Source of the DNA: a virus | Taxonomy: Duplodnaviria; Caudoviricetes | Virus record (IMG/VR): IMGVR_UViG_3300006927_000070 | Span: 1 to 25,567 of that record | DNA length: 25,567 nucleotides | Strand: one strand, 5' to 3' | Shown: in pieces, positions 15,636-25,086 of the stretch | Position numbering within the stretch: the stretch's first letter is position 1 | Layout of the letters: the number at the start of each line of letters is the position of its first letter | Program-made: the position numbers and the translations under genes | Notes under the pieces: model-generated | Told to the model about the DNA's origin: nothing | Seen by the model: the letters and a program-made list of their open reading frames with translations, nothing else | The model's database searches: none

Positions 15636-16138
15636 TGCCTAAGAAATTTCCAAAAGTTATAAAAGAACGAGCATTTAAATTATATCTTTCTGATGATTAT
15701 TCTGCTAGAGAAATAGCTCAACAAATTTCTGCCGAACATAGAACTGTAGTTAATGAGCAGACTATTTATGCATGGGTTAGACAAGATGATTGGAAAATTA
15801 AAAGAGCAGAAGTGCAAACTAAAGCAATTGAAAAAGTTCAAGAAAGTGAATCTTCAAAACTTGCAAAAATGCAAGATGAACATCAATCACTTTATAAAAG
15901 TATTAGAAATAAAGCTGGATCAGAATTACAATTATTAGATTTTGAAAGAGCTTTTGATGCAGTTAAAGCTTTGGATATAGGAATACAAGGAGAAAGACAA
16001 GTAGCAGAAGGTTTAATTAATATTCAATTTATACAAGATGTTGTTAATATTTTGGTGGATGAAATTGATGATGAAAAATTAATTAAAAAAATTGCTACTA
16101 AATTAAAAGTTTTAATGGCATCAAAAGAAAATGCGTGA
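15635..16138 (+). CDS. terS: Terminase small subunit
   Basis: N-terminal HTH (AFKLYL..SAREIAQQI..EQTIYAWVRQDDW) plus coiled coil, overlapping the terL start. Confidence 0.78.
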   Translation: MPKKFPKVIKERAFKLYLSDDYSAREIAQQISAEHRTVVNEQTIYAWVRQDDWKIKRAEVQTKAIEKVQESESSKLAKMQDEHQSLYKSIRNKAGSELQLLDFERAFDAVKALDIGIQGERQVAEGLINIQFIQDVVNILVDEIDDEKLIKKIATKLKVLMASKENA

Positions 16139-17774
16139 TGAATTAACTACATATGAAAAGGCATTTGAATTACTCGCAGAGAAATTAGAAAAGAGTAATA
16201 AATTTGCTATAGGAAGTTTCTGGGAATTTGTTAGAGATATCTGGTCAGAAGGGTTTGAACACCCTGAGTATTTTAAAGCTTGGCATGTAGGAAAATTATG
16301 TGAAGAAGTTGAAGAATGTATTGAAAATAAATTAAATTATCTCGCTATATTACCTAGGGCACATTTCAAATCTACAATATTAGGGCACGCCTTTAGTATT
16401 TGGAGAAGTTTAAAAGTACAAGGTAATGCTAATATTTTATATTTGTCTTATAGTGATACTATGGCTAAGTATCATATATCTGAAATTAATAAAGAAGTTA
16501 ATCGTAATCCTATATTAAAGGAAATGATGACTAATAGAGCTCCTAAAGCTGATTTTACTTTTAGATATGACACAGGAAACGGTGGTAGTGCAGAGATATT
16601 ACATGGGGGATTATTTTCTTTCAAAAGAGGTATGCACGTTAATGGGGCATTAATTGCTGATGACATATTGAAAGACCCTGAAAGTCCTTTAGCAATAGGA
16701 CAAATGGCTAAAATTGAAGACCATTTTCTTACAGAGTCTCTATTCATACCTAATCGAGATGTACCAGTAGTAGTTGTGGGAACACCTATGATGCCCGGAG
16801 ATTTACTGACAGTACTAGAGAGAGATGAAAGATTCGTATCTAGAAAACTTCCTGCTCTTGATCCCGAACCGGGTAGAAGAGTATTGATGCCAGAATTATA
16901 TAGTGAACAATGGTTACTAGAACAACAAAAAGCTAAACCTAAATCATTTGCATCAGAGTTTTTGTTACAACCTCATTTTAATACAGAAGCATATTTCGGT
17001 ACTGAAGATATTGAGAAGTGTGAGGATGATAATTTAAGATCTTTACCTACAACTTTAAAACATAATTTTGAAGATGATGAAGATATCTTTGCAGGGTTTG
17101 ACGTAGGTAAAAAAAGACACCCATCTCATTTAGTAGTATTCAAAAGAAAAGGTGAACGTATAGAACAGATTCATCAATCATGGTTAGATGGTTGGGATTA
17201 TTCAGATCAAATAGTATATTTAAATGAAGCTGCTGAAAATTTCGGACTTACAAAAGGTTACATAGATAATACAAGAGGTGAGTTAGAGGATAGAGGATTA
17301 GCTAGAGCTTGGTATCCTTTAGCATTTAGTTTAAGGTCTAAAAATAATATGGCACATATATTTGAAGAATACATTCATTCAGGTAATTTATTTTTAATAA
17401 GAGATCATAGACAAAGACAACAAATTCTTTCTGTAAATAATGAATTAAAAGCTCCTGAGACCCCTATGGGTCATGGGGATGCTTTCTTTTCTATTGCTAT
17501 GGCATTACAAGCTGCATATGAAACAGGTATTTATAACATGCAAACTATAGGTGATTTACAAGATTTCGTATCAGATGTAGAACCTTCATTAAAATATCAA
17601 AATTTAGATAAAAATAAACCAGAAAAGCTACTTGATTTTGATAAAAAAGTGTATAATGATAACAGCATAGATTTACAAGCACCCAATCCTTCGTGCACGG
17701 AAGATGTTTGTGGTCCCTCATTATGGGTGCCCGCTAGAGGTTTATGTTTATACTGCAATTATCGAAGATCATAG
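16131..17774 (+). CDS. terL: Terminase large subunit
   Basis: Walker A variant PRAHFKST, Walker B LIADD, coupling motif VGTP, nuclease GFDVG and HGDAFFSIA. Confidence 0.92.
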   Translation: MRDELTTYEKAFELLAEKLEKSNKFAIGSFWEFVRDIWSEGFEHPEYFKAWHVGKLCEEVEECIENKLNYLAILPRAHFKSTILGHAFSIWRSLKVQGNANILYLSYSDTMAKYHISEINKEVNRNPILKEMMTNRAPKADFTFRYDTGNGGSAEILHGGLFSFKRGMHVNGALIADDILKDPESPLAIGQMAKIEDHFLTESLFIPNRDVPVVVVGTPMMPGDLLTVLERDERFVSRKLPALDPEPGRRVLMPELYSEQWLLEQQKAKPKSFASEFLLQPHFNTEAYFGTEDIEKCEDDNLRSLPTTLKHNFEDDEDIFAGFDVGKKRHPSHLVVFKRKGERIEQIHQSWLDGWDYSDQIVYLNEAAENFGLTKGYIDNTRGELEDRGLARAWYPLAFSLRSKNNMAHIFEEYIHSGNLFLIRDHRQRQQILSVNNELKAPETPMGHGDAFFSIAMALQAAYETGIYNMQTIGDLQDFVSDVEPSLKYQNLDKNKPEKLLDFDKKVYNDNSIDLQAPNPSCTEDVCGPSLWVPARGLCLYCNYRRS

Positions 17775-17786
17775 AGGAGGTTTATT

Positions 17787-19664
17787 TTGGTCACATTATC
17801 ACAACAAGCAGAAACAGTAGCATCAAAAAGATATTATTTAAAGGACGAGTCAGGAGAACCAGAAGAAACTGTAAGGGGTTTATTTCAAAGAGTTGCAGAA
17901 GCCATCGCTTTATCTGAAATACAGTATGGAAAATCTAATGCTGATACGGATTTAACACAAAAAGAATTTTATGATATGTTATCTAATCTTGATTTTGTTC
18001 CTAATTCTCCTACGTTAATGAACGCTGGAACTGAACAAGGAACTTTGTCTGCATGTTTTGTGCTACCTTTAGAAGATAGTATGGAAGATATAATGAAGAC
18101 TGCACATGATATTGCTATGGTTCAAAAATTTGGAGGGGGCACAGGATTTGCATTATCTAAATTACGACCAAGAGGAGACCACATTAAAACTACACATGGT
18201 ATAGCTTGTGGTCCAATTCAAGTATTACAAACTTTATCAAGAGTCTCTTCTATGATTACTCAAGGCGGAAAAAGAGATGGAGCCAATATGGCAGTTATGT
18301 CTATTGATCATCCAGACATTCTTGAGTTTATTAATTGTAAAAAAGTAGAAGGAGATATACATAACTTTAATATATCAGTTGGTGTAAGTTCTAATTTTAT
18401 GAAAGCAGTAGAATCTGATAGTGAATATCCCTTGATTAATCCACATACTAATAAAATCGTTGGTTATTTAAATGCTAGAGAAGTATTTTCTAAAATAATT
18501 TATGGGGCATGGAGGAATGGTGAACCGGGAATAATATTTTTAGATAATATAAATAAAGATAATCATGTTAAATCACAATATGGAGAGATGATTGCGACCA
18601 ATCCATGTGGTGAACAACCATTGTTAGCGAATGAATCATGTAATTTAGGGTCAATTAATTTAGCTAATTTTGTAGATGTTAAACAAATAAAACCTTATAT
18701 TAAATGGGAAGACCTTAAAACCACAATTAAATTAGCTACAAGATTTTTAGACAACGTAATTGATGCTAATTATTATGCAACTTCTGATATAGAAAAAATG
18801 ACTAAATCAACTAGAAAAATTGGTTTAGGTGTCATGGGATTTGCTGATATGCTTACACAACTTAGAGTTCCCTATGATTCTAAAGAAGGTAGAATAATTG
18901 GAAATGATGTAATGAAATTTATTAGAACTCATGCGGATGAAACTTCTAAAGAATTAGCTGAAGAAAGAGGTGTTTTTCCTGCATGGCATGAAAGTGACTA
19001 TTCTGAGGATGCAAAATATAGGAATGCATGTAGACTAACTGTTGCTCCAACGGGAACTATATCTATGTTTGCAGATACATCTAGTGGTATTGAACCCTTA
19101 TTTTCGTTGGCATATAGAAAAATGAATATATTAGAAGGGGAAACTCTTTTTTATGTAAATAAATATTTTGAACAAGATGCTAAAGAATTAAATTTTTATT
19201 CAGAAGATTTAATGGAACATTTATCAAATGGTGGTTTATTAAAAGATAGAGGTGAAATTCCAGAAGATATAAAAGAACTTTATAAAACTTCTCCTGAAAT
19301 ATCTCCTGAATCTCATGTTGGAATGCAAGCAGCTTTTCAGGAATATTGTGATTCAGGTATTTCTAAGACGATAAATTTTGCAAATGATGCTACAATAGAA
19401 GATGTGCATACAGCTTATATTGATGCATGGAAGTCTGGATGTAAGGGTATAACTGTATATAGAGCTGGTAGTAGGGATAAAGAAGTGTTAGTTACAGCAC
19501 ATAAAACTGAAAATAATGAACAACTTAATTTTTTTGATGAAATAGAAACACCAATTAGTGATGAATATTTCTTTGCTGAATGTTGTGATTCACCTAGAAT
19601 TGCAATGGAATCAGGATGTAGAACATGTAAATCTTGTGGTTGGAGTGCTTGTTATATAGCATAG
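17787..19664 (+). CDS. nrdJ: Class II (adenosylcobalamin-dependent) ribonucleotide reductase
   Basis: PNSPTLMNAG, SACFV, GGGTG, TNPCGEQ, CNLGSINL, APTGT, SSGIEP, KGITVYR; C-terminal GCRTCKSCGWSAC ribbon; no ATP cone; no adjacent nrdB; TTG start after AGAGGAGG. Confidence 0.93.
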   Translation: MVTLSQQAETVASKRYYLKDESGEPEETVRGLFQRVAEAIALSEIQYGKSNADTDLTQKEFYDMLSNLDFVPNSPTLMNAGTEQGTLSACFVLPLEDSMEDIMKTAHDIAMVQKFGGGTGFALSKLRPRGDHIKTTHGIACGPIQVLQTLSRVSSMITQGGKRDGANMAVMSIDHPDILEFINCKKVEGDIHNFNISVGVSSNFMKAVESDSEYPLINPHTNKIVGYLNAREVFSKIIYGAWRNGEPGIIFLDNINKDNHVKSQYGEMIATNPCGEQPLLANESCNLGSINLANFVDVKQIKPYIKWEDLKTTIKLATRFLDNVIDANYYATSDIEKMTKSTRKIGLGVMGFADMLTQLRVPYDSKEGRIIGNDVMKFIRTHADETSKELAEERGVFPAWHESDYSEDAKYRNACRLTVAPTGTISMFADTSSGIEPLFSLAYRKMNILEGETLFYVNKYFEQDAKELNFYSEDLMEHLSNGGLLKDRGEIPEDIKELYKTSPEISPESHVGMQAAFQEYCDSGISKTINFANDATIEDVHTAYIDAWKSGCKGITVYRAGSRDKEVLVTAHKTENNEQLNFFDEIETPISDEYFFAECCDSPRIAMESGCRTCKSCGWSACYIA

Positions 19665-19684
19665 TTCTCAGTTTTATAAAAAAA

Positions 19685-19694
19685 TAGTATAATA
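19685..19694 (+). promoter_or_regulatory. TAGTATAATA promoter-like box 2
   Basis: Intergenic after nrdJ, ahead of SD AGGAG and ATG 19712. Confidence 0.75.
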
Positions 19695-19711
19695 ATAGTA
19701 GGAGAAAAGAT

Positions 19712-20122
19712 ATGCCTATAGGAAATATGTTAAGAGATAGACAAGAACAGTATGTTGCCCAAAAGGACACTGCTGGAACTTGGAGAATTCTTGATACTTG
19801 GCACAAAGATTTGACTAAACTAAACCCGGAAGATGAAGTAGATGACTCAAGTGAGGCAGTTACTATTATATCAGAAGGGGGATTTCTAGCTTTAGTTAGA
19901 GAAGCAACTAGATTAGGAGTATTACAAAATGCGGCTATGATGGAGAATGAAGCTTTGGCTGATCAAGTAGTAGAATTAAAAGAAGAAAACGATAGATTAC
20001 GAATACAAAATGAAAATACCCCTGCAACAATACATGAAGATAAAGCAGGATTAAAACAACATGCAATAAACACGATAGCTAAAATAGTGGCTATAGATAG
20101 TGTTGAAGTAACCAAGGAATAG
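19712..20122 (+). CDS. Hypothetical protein with coiled coil, upstream of portal
   Basis: SD AGGAG; ENEALADQVVELKEENDRLR heptads. Confidence 0.75.
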   Translation: MPIGNMLRDRQEQYVAQKDTAGTWRILDTWHKDLTKLNPEDEVDDSSEAVTIISEGGFLALVREATRLGVLQNAAMMENEALADQVVELKEENDRLRIQNENTPATIHEDKAGLKQHAINTIAKIVAIDSVEVTKE

Positions 20123-20127
20123 CATAT

Positions 20128-22089
20128 ATGAAATTAGGAGATTATCTTCCAGAAGTTCCTGAAATGGCTAAAACAATGGGTCAATTAGGCTCTCAGATAG
20201 ATATATTCAATGATTTAATGTTGAATAAAGCTGCAGGAGATACTGGTAGTGGACCTACATTTGGTGTCGATTACATAGTAAACACTTATGTAAGAAACCA
20301 ACTCGCATATAGAAAACAATTAATTCAAGATTTACAAACTGTAGCGTATACTGCTGAAGAATTAAGAGCTCCAATTTTACATATAACAGGTGAAGTATTT
20401 AGAAGAGGTATCCAATTTGAACCTGTTGTAGAAAATCCTGATGAATCTCAATTAGATAGAGTCAAAGAGTTTATGGATGACTGTAATGTTTTTGATCAAG
20501 GTTTAGAAGAAGTATTACGACAATTTCATTGGGATTTAAATACTGTAGATGATGCATTTTTATACTTTGCAAAAGAATATTATGATGCAGGAGATAGTAA
20601 ATTACGTTCTAGAGTAACTGAAATTAGAAGAATAAATCCTGCTCTTATAGAATTTGATTTAGATGAAACAGGATTACCTAAAAACTCACATTTCTTTTGT
20701 CCTTTACATAGAGAACAGATAAAAGAATCTCCAGAAGAATGCCCAGAAAAAAAGTGTGAACAACAATTACAACCTGCTATGTATAGATATTTATACAGAA
20801 CAGAAGTACATTACTTTTTAGATAGTGAAATTGTACATTTATCTAAATTCAATCCAACTGAGACTTATGGTTGGTCACCTATTTTAACAATATTTGAAAA
20901 AGCTCTTACTTTAATCGGTATGGATAGAAACTTATATAGGTATTTCTTTGAAAGAAAAATGCCTGCATCTATGGTTATGGTAACTACAGATGATCCTGAA
21001 AGTTTAAAGAGAGAAAGAGAAGCTCTTGCAGCTAAAACAAGGTCAGATCCAAACTATATACCAATGATAGCTGTATCTTCTAGAACTAATAGAGGTAGAG
21101 TTGACATGGTAAGATTATTCCATACATTACAAGAAATGGATTACTTACCTGTAAGAGCTGAAATTAGAGAAAGAGTTTCTGCTATATGGGGTGTTGCCCC
21201 AATGTGGCAAGGAGCCCCAGATTCATTTGGTGGTTTAACACAACAAACAGCCCAATTAACTGTAATGGGTAGAGTTGTTGAAAGAGATCAACGCCAAATA
21301 ATGGAAAAAATATTTCCAGCTGTTTTAGATAATTTTGGTGTAACAGATTGGAAATTAGTATTACCTAATCCTGAAGAAAAAGCAGAAGCGACTAGAATTG
21401 CTCAATCACAACAAAAAGCTGCTATTGCTCAACAAATGTTAAGTATGGGATTTGATGTAACACTTAAAGGTAATAAATTAGGAATTGATCAACTTGACTT
21501 TATAGTAACAGGTGAACCTGTTCCAACTGCTAAATTACAAGGAGAACAACAAGCACTTGCATTAGAACAAGCAGAACAACAAGCTGCTATGCAAGAAACA
21601 ATGATGGAACAACAAGCAGCTCAAGAAGGGGGTGGTCAACCACCACAAGAAGGAGAAGCCCCAGAGGGTGAAGAAGAAGCCCCAGAGCGTGAAGGAGGGG
21701 CTCAAGAAGTACCTATTGAAAATGCAGTACCAGATACTCCCAGAGGATTAGAAAATATAGAATCTAAAAATATTAAAAATCCAAATTTAAAAAAATCAAC
21801 TCTAACATCTACATGGATAGATAGTCTAGCTAATCAAGGTTATAACTATCCCATTATTAAAGAAGTATCTGCAAATGGTCAACAAATATGGTTTGCTAAT
21901 AATGGAGAAGAATATGTAGGTAATCTTACAGGAACTGGTATAGATAAAATTGAAAAGGCATACTTCGGTAATCCAGTATTTTCTGATGTAGGAGGAAAGA
22001 AACCACTTAGCGATGCTTACACAGCAGAAACAGGAGATGGTACATCAAAGCGTAAAGCAGTAGATGTATCAGAAGATGAGGATAACTAA
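20128..22089 (+). CDS. Portal protein with Cys/His insertion and long C-terminal extension
   Basis: EIRRINP, EIVHL..YGWSPI, YFFERKMP, EMDYL..RERVSAIWGVAP match the HK97-type portal pattern; downstream of terminase. Confidence 0.88.
   Translation: MKLGDYLPEVPEMAKTMGQLGSQIDIFNDLMLNKAAGDTGSGPTFGVDYIVNTYVRNQLAYRKQLIQDLQTVAYTAEELRAPILHITGEVFRRGIQFEPVVENPDESQLDRVKEFMDDCNVFDQGLEEVLRQFHWDLNTVDDAFLYFAKEYYDAGDSKLRSRVTEIRRINPALIEFDLDETGLPKNSHFFCPLHREQIKESPEECPEKKCEQQLQPAMYRYLYRTEVHYFLDSEIVHLSKFNPTETYGWSPILTIFEKALTLIGMDRNLYRYFFERKMPASMVMVTTDDPESLKREREALAAKTRSDPNYIPMIAVSSRTNRGRVDMVRLFHTLQEMDYLPVRAEIRERVSAIWGVAPMWQGAPDSFGGLTQQTAQLTVMGRVVERDQRQIMEKIFPAVLDNFGVTDWKLVLPNPEEKAEATRIAQSQQKAAIAQQMLSMGFDVTLKGNKLGIDQLDFIVTGEPVPTAKLQGEQQALALEQAEQQAAMQETMMEQQAAQEGGGQPPQEGEAPEGEEEAPEREGGAQEVPIENAVPDTPRGLENIESKNIKNPNLKKSTLTSTWIDSLANQGYNYPIIKEVSANGQQIWFANNGEEYVGNLTGTGIDKIEKAYFGNPVFSDVGGKKPLSDAYTAETGDGTSKRKAVDVSEDEDN
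21649..21690 (+). repeat. Two imperfect 21-nt tandem repeats in the portal linker
   Basis: GAAGGAGAAGCCCCAGAGGGT / GAAGAAGAAGCCCCAGAGCGT encode EGEAPEG / EEEAPER. Confidence 0.8.
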
Positions 22090-23261
22090 TGTCTAAATTT
22101 AATCCTAAAGATGCCTCGTATAAAAATGTACCTAAAACTGCTTCCCCTAAATCTCCAAACGAACCCGGTGAATACGAAGATCATTCCTATAATCATAGAG
22201 AAGTAAGACCTGATGGTGCGACAGTTTATTATTATGACAATGGTGTAAAAGCCATACATCATCCTAAAAAAACAGGAGCTACTTATCATCGTAGAGCAGC
22301 TGATCATCATAAAAAAGAAGCTGATAAAGCTGTGGATTCTAAAAAAAGTAAATCAGCTCTAGCACATTTAAAAGCTAGATTAGGTCATTTGTTAGCTGCA
22401 GACGATAAAGATTCTAAAGTAGAAAAGTTATATAAAGATTTTGGAGGAGCTGAGTCAGGAGCTAGTGATATTGTAGCAGTAGCATCTGATCCGGGTATAT
22501 TTACTAACACTTATAGTGGTACTAATACTAAAAAGAATAAAAGTAAAAAGAATGAAGTAGAAGAAAATAAGAAAAATAAAAAGAAAGCTAGTGGTCCAGA
22601 TAAATTAGATAAGTGGTTAAAAGATACTGAAGAAAAGACACTACATTTATTTGATCTTACTAAATCAGATCCTACCCCTAAATATGATAAGGGCAGAACA
22701 GGAGGATTAACTCCTGATCATAATGTAAAAACATCTTTAGAAGAAAGAGATATGGAATCATGGATGGAAGCTAGAGAAAAAAATGCAGAAGATAGAGCTT
22801 TCGGTCTTAAAAAAACTGCACAATTAAGTGATTATGTAGTAGATTTAATTAATGATGTGCGAAAAGAACTAGATGATGATTCTCCAAAATATGTTGAGCA
22901 GTATGCTGATCAAACTCAAGAAGAATTTGACAATCAATTAGAAGCTTATGATTGGTTAACAGAACAAATTGTAAATGATTTTAAAAAAACTCAAATAGAT
23001 TTTAGAAAAAACCCTGAAAAATATAATGTATTTGTAAAACCAAACGATGAGTCTGTGGAAAAAATGGAAACAGACTGGTCAAAAACCAAAAAAGATGATA
23101 AACTAATTAATATGCCTTTTTTAAATCATTATAAAAAATCTATAGAAGGTAGGAGGGAAAACCCTCCAATAGTAGAAAAACAGTATGGGACTAAAAGAAG
23201 CCCCAGACCAGACCCAAACGGGCATAGGAACCCACCTAATAGGAGGATTCCTAAAGATTAA
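22089..23261 (+). CDS. Highly charged low-complexity protein, possible internal head protein
   Basis: TAATG-coupled to portal; rich in K, D, E and H, with few hydrophobic segments. Confidence 0.65.
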   Translation: MSKFNPKDASYKNVPKTASPKSPNEPGEYEDHSYNHREVRPDGATVYYYDNGVKAIHHPKKTGATYHRRAADHHKKEADKAVDSKKSKSALAHLKARLGHLLAADDKDSKVEKLYKDFGGAESGASDIVAVASDPGIFTNTYSGTNTKKNKSKKNEVEENKKNKKKASGPDKLDKWLKDTEEKTLHLFDLTKSDPTPKYDKGRTGGLTPDHNVKTSLEERDMESWMEAREKNAEDRAFGLKKTAQLSDYVVDLINDVRKELDDDSPKYVEQYADQTQEEFDNQLEAYDWLTEQIVNDFKKTQIDFRKNPEKYNVFVKPNDESVEKMETDWSKTKKDDKLINMPFLNHYKKSIEGRRENPPIVEKQYGTKRSPRPDPNGHRNPPNRRIPKD

Positions 23262-23281
23262 TATTAGCACAGGAGAGTATA

Positions 23282-24640
23282 ATGACAACATTCGTCATAC
23301 CAGAAGAAGCAAAAGAAGAGATAGTAAAAAGAAAAATGGCAGGAGCAACATGGAGTTCCCTTTCACGATGGGTAAAAGATAGATGGGGTATAGAAGTACA
23401 CAGAACCACATTACAGAAATGGTATGATAGAGAAGTAGACCTTATAGATGAAGAACAATCATGTGACATGGAAGAAATGGAAGCAGATTTTTCTCCTGAA
23501 GTTCATGCAAAACTAGCAAAAAAAGTTGAAACTTACAAAGGTGAAGCTAGATATTGGAAGAAAGTTGCAGAAGCTTCTATCAAAAAAGAAGCTAAAGAAG
23601 ATTTACTTATAGATTCAATTAAAAAATTCACTCCCTCTTATAAAGAAGTTAAAAAATATAAACATCGAAAACCCTCCGGAAAAATAAAAGGTAATAGTGT
23701 TCAGTCTATGATTGCCCCACTTACTGATACTCACGTTGGAGATAATGTAGAAGCTGATCAGATGATGGGTTTGAATGCTTATAACATAGATATATTTAAT
23801 AGAAGATTATTTGGTTGGGCAAATCAATTAATTACTTTAGCAGAACTTAGACGTAATTCCGCAGAAGTTGGAGAGCTTGTAATTCCTATGTTAGGAGATA
23901 TGATTAGTGGAGATATCCATGAAGAGCTTGCTAGAACCAATAATGATCATTGTATGGGACAAATGATACGAGGAGCTAATCTTATTGCTCAAGCATTAAT
24001 GTTAATTGCCCCACATTTTGATAAAGTACGTGTACCTTGTGTAGTAGGTAACCATGGTCGTATGACTAGAAAACCTCCTATGAAAAACAAATATATGGAT
24101 TGGGATTACATGTTATATCAATGGATATCTGTATTCTGTGCTGAACAGAAAAATATAGAATTCCATATTCCTAAATCATTTATGACTACAGTTAATGTAT
24201 GTAACAGAGATATATTGCTAGCACATGGAGATTTCATCAATGGAGCTGGAAGTGGTACTGCAATCAATAGAGGTGTTAGTAACATGCGAAATGTTATGGC
24301 ATTCCAAAAGGGATTGAAAGATGAAGTTATACAGCTACAGGATAATATTCTTGACGGAGTACCTGAACGATTTGAATCTGCATTGATAGGTCATTTTCAT
24401 AGAATAGATGAAATAGATATTGGAACAGGAGCAGTTCACATCTGTGGTTGTATGAAAGGTGGAGATGAATTTGCTATGCAACGAGTCCAAGCTATCAATA
24501 AACCAAGACAACTAGTGCTATATTACCATCCAAAATATGGGGAAATCGGAAAAGAAATTATCTATTTAAATAGATATGATAATTCTAATAAACAATTTAA
24601 CGATATATTACCTGACGTTTGGTCAAAAACTTTTAACTAA
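23282..24640 (+). CDS. Calcineurin-like metallophosphoesterase with N-terminal HTH and coiled coil
   Basis: All five motifs present: DTH, GD, GNHG, HGD, GHFH; N-terminal GATWSSLSRWVKDRWGIEVHRTTLQKWY. Confidence 0.87.
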   Translation: MTTFVIPEEAKEEIVKRKMAGATWSSLSRWVKDRWGIEVHRTTLQKWYDREVDLIDEEQSCDMEEMEADFSPEVHAKLAKKVETYKGEARYWKKVAEASIKKEAKEDLLIDSIKKFTPSYKEVKKYKHRKPSGKIKGNSVQSMIAPLTDTHVGDNVEADQMMGLNAYNIDIFNRRLFGWANQLITLAELRRNSAEVGELVIPMLGDMISGDIHEELARTNNDHCMGQMIRGANLIAQALMLIAPHFDKVRVPCVVGNHGRMTRKPPMKNKYMDWDYMLYQWISVFCAEQKNIEFHIPKSFMTTVNVCNRDILLAHGDFINGAGSGTAINRGVSNMRNVMAFQKGLKDEVIQLQDNILDGVPERFESALIGHFHRIDEIDIGTGAVHICGCMKGGDEFAMQRVQAINKPRQLVLYYHPKYGEIGKEIIYLNRYDNSNKQFNDILPDVWSKTFN

Positions 24641-24652
24641 TTAAGTTCAATT

Positions 24653-24662
24653 TAGTATAATA
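24653..24662 (+). promoter_or_regulatory. TAGTATAATA promoter-like box 3 (leaderless arrangement)
   Basis: TATAAT at 24656-24661 is followed after 5 nt by ATG 24667; no SD. Confidence 0.72.
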
Positions 24663-24666
24663 GAGT

Positions 24667-25071
24667 ATGCATCCTATTGTACTACAACGATATAGACAAG
24701 CTGTGATAACTGCTATCCAAGCGACAGTTCAAGAGATATTTACTAAGTCTCAAGAAAATTGCCCAGTGGTTACTGGTAATTTAAGAAATTCAGGATCTAT
24801 TACAAGTGCTAATCCAACAGAAGGAGATTATACAATCTCGTATAATATTAATGATTCTGCCCCTTATGTCCAATTAGTTGAAGAAGGTGGGTATGTTAAC
24901 AGTTATAATAGGAGAAATCCAAGAACAGGAACTGTACATGCAGTACAAGGATATCCTGTTGAGGGAAGATTTTTTATAAAGCAAGCAATAGAAGATGTAT
25001 TTAGTGGACAATATAATCTTTTAATAACTAACGCAAATATAGGTAGTCAAGGGTACTACGTTAATATATAG
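24667..25071 (+). CDS. HK97 gp10-like neck/tail-completion protein
   Basis: CPVVTGNLRNS, APYVQLVEEG, GRFFIKQAIE motifs. Confidence 0.78.
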   Translation: MHPIVLQRYRQAVITAIQATVQEIFTKSQENCPVVTGNLRNSGSITSANPTEGDYTISYNINDSAPYVQLVEEGGYVNSYNRRNPRTGTVHAVQGYPVEGRFFIKQAIEDVFSGQYNLLITNANIGSQGYYVNI

Positions 25072-25086
25072 ACAGAGGAGAGCAAA

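Noticed and set aside
16350-16380. TerL Walker A PRAHFKST lacking the usual Gly, suggesting an inactive ATPase
   Set aside because: Arg, Lys and Ser/Thr are retained, terminase P-loops are known to deviate, and the other motifs are intact.
15753-23382. Nested plus-strand ORFs 15753-15938 and 23185-23382
   Set aside because: Out-of-frame overlaps within terS and across the 390-aa/phosphoesterase junction, with no motif or convincing SD.
4054-23469. Short minus-strand ORFs in the track (e.g. 4054-4236, 9074-9340, 12833-13147, 16472-16747, 22086-22310)
   Set aside because: All lie antisense to well-supported plus-strand genes, lack recognisable motifs and read like shadow frames.
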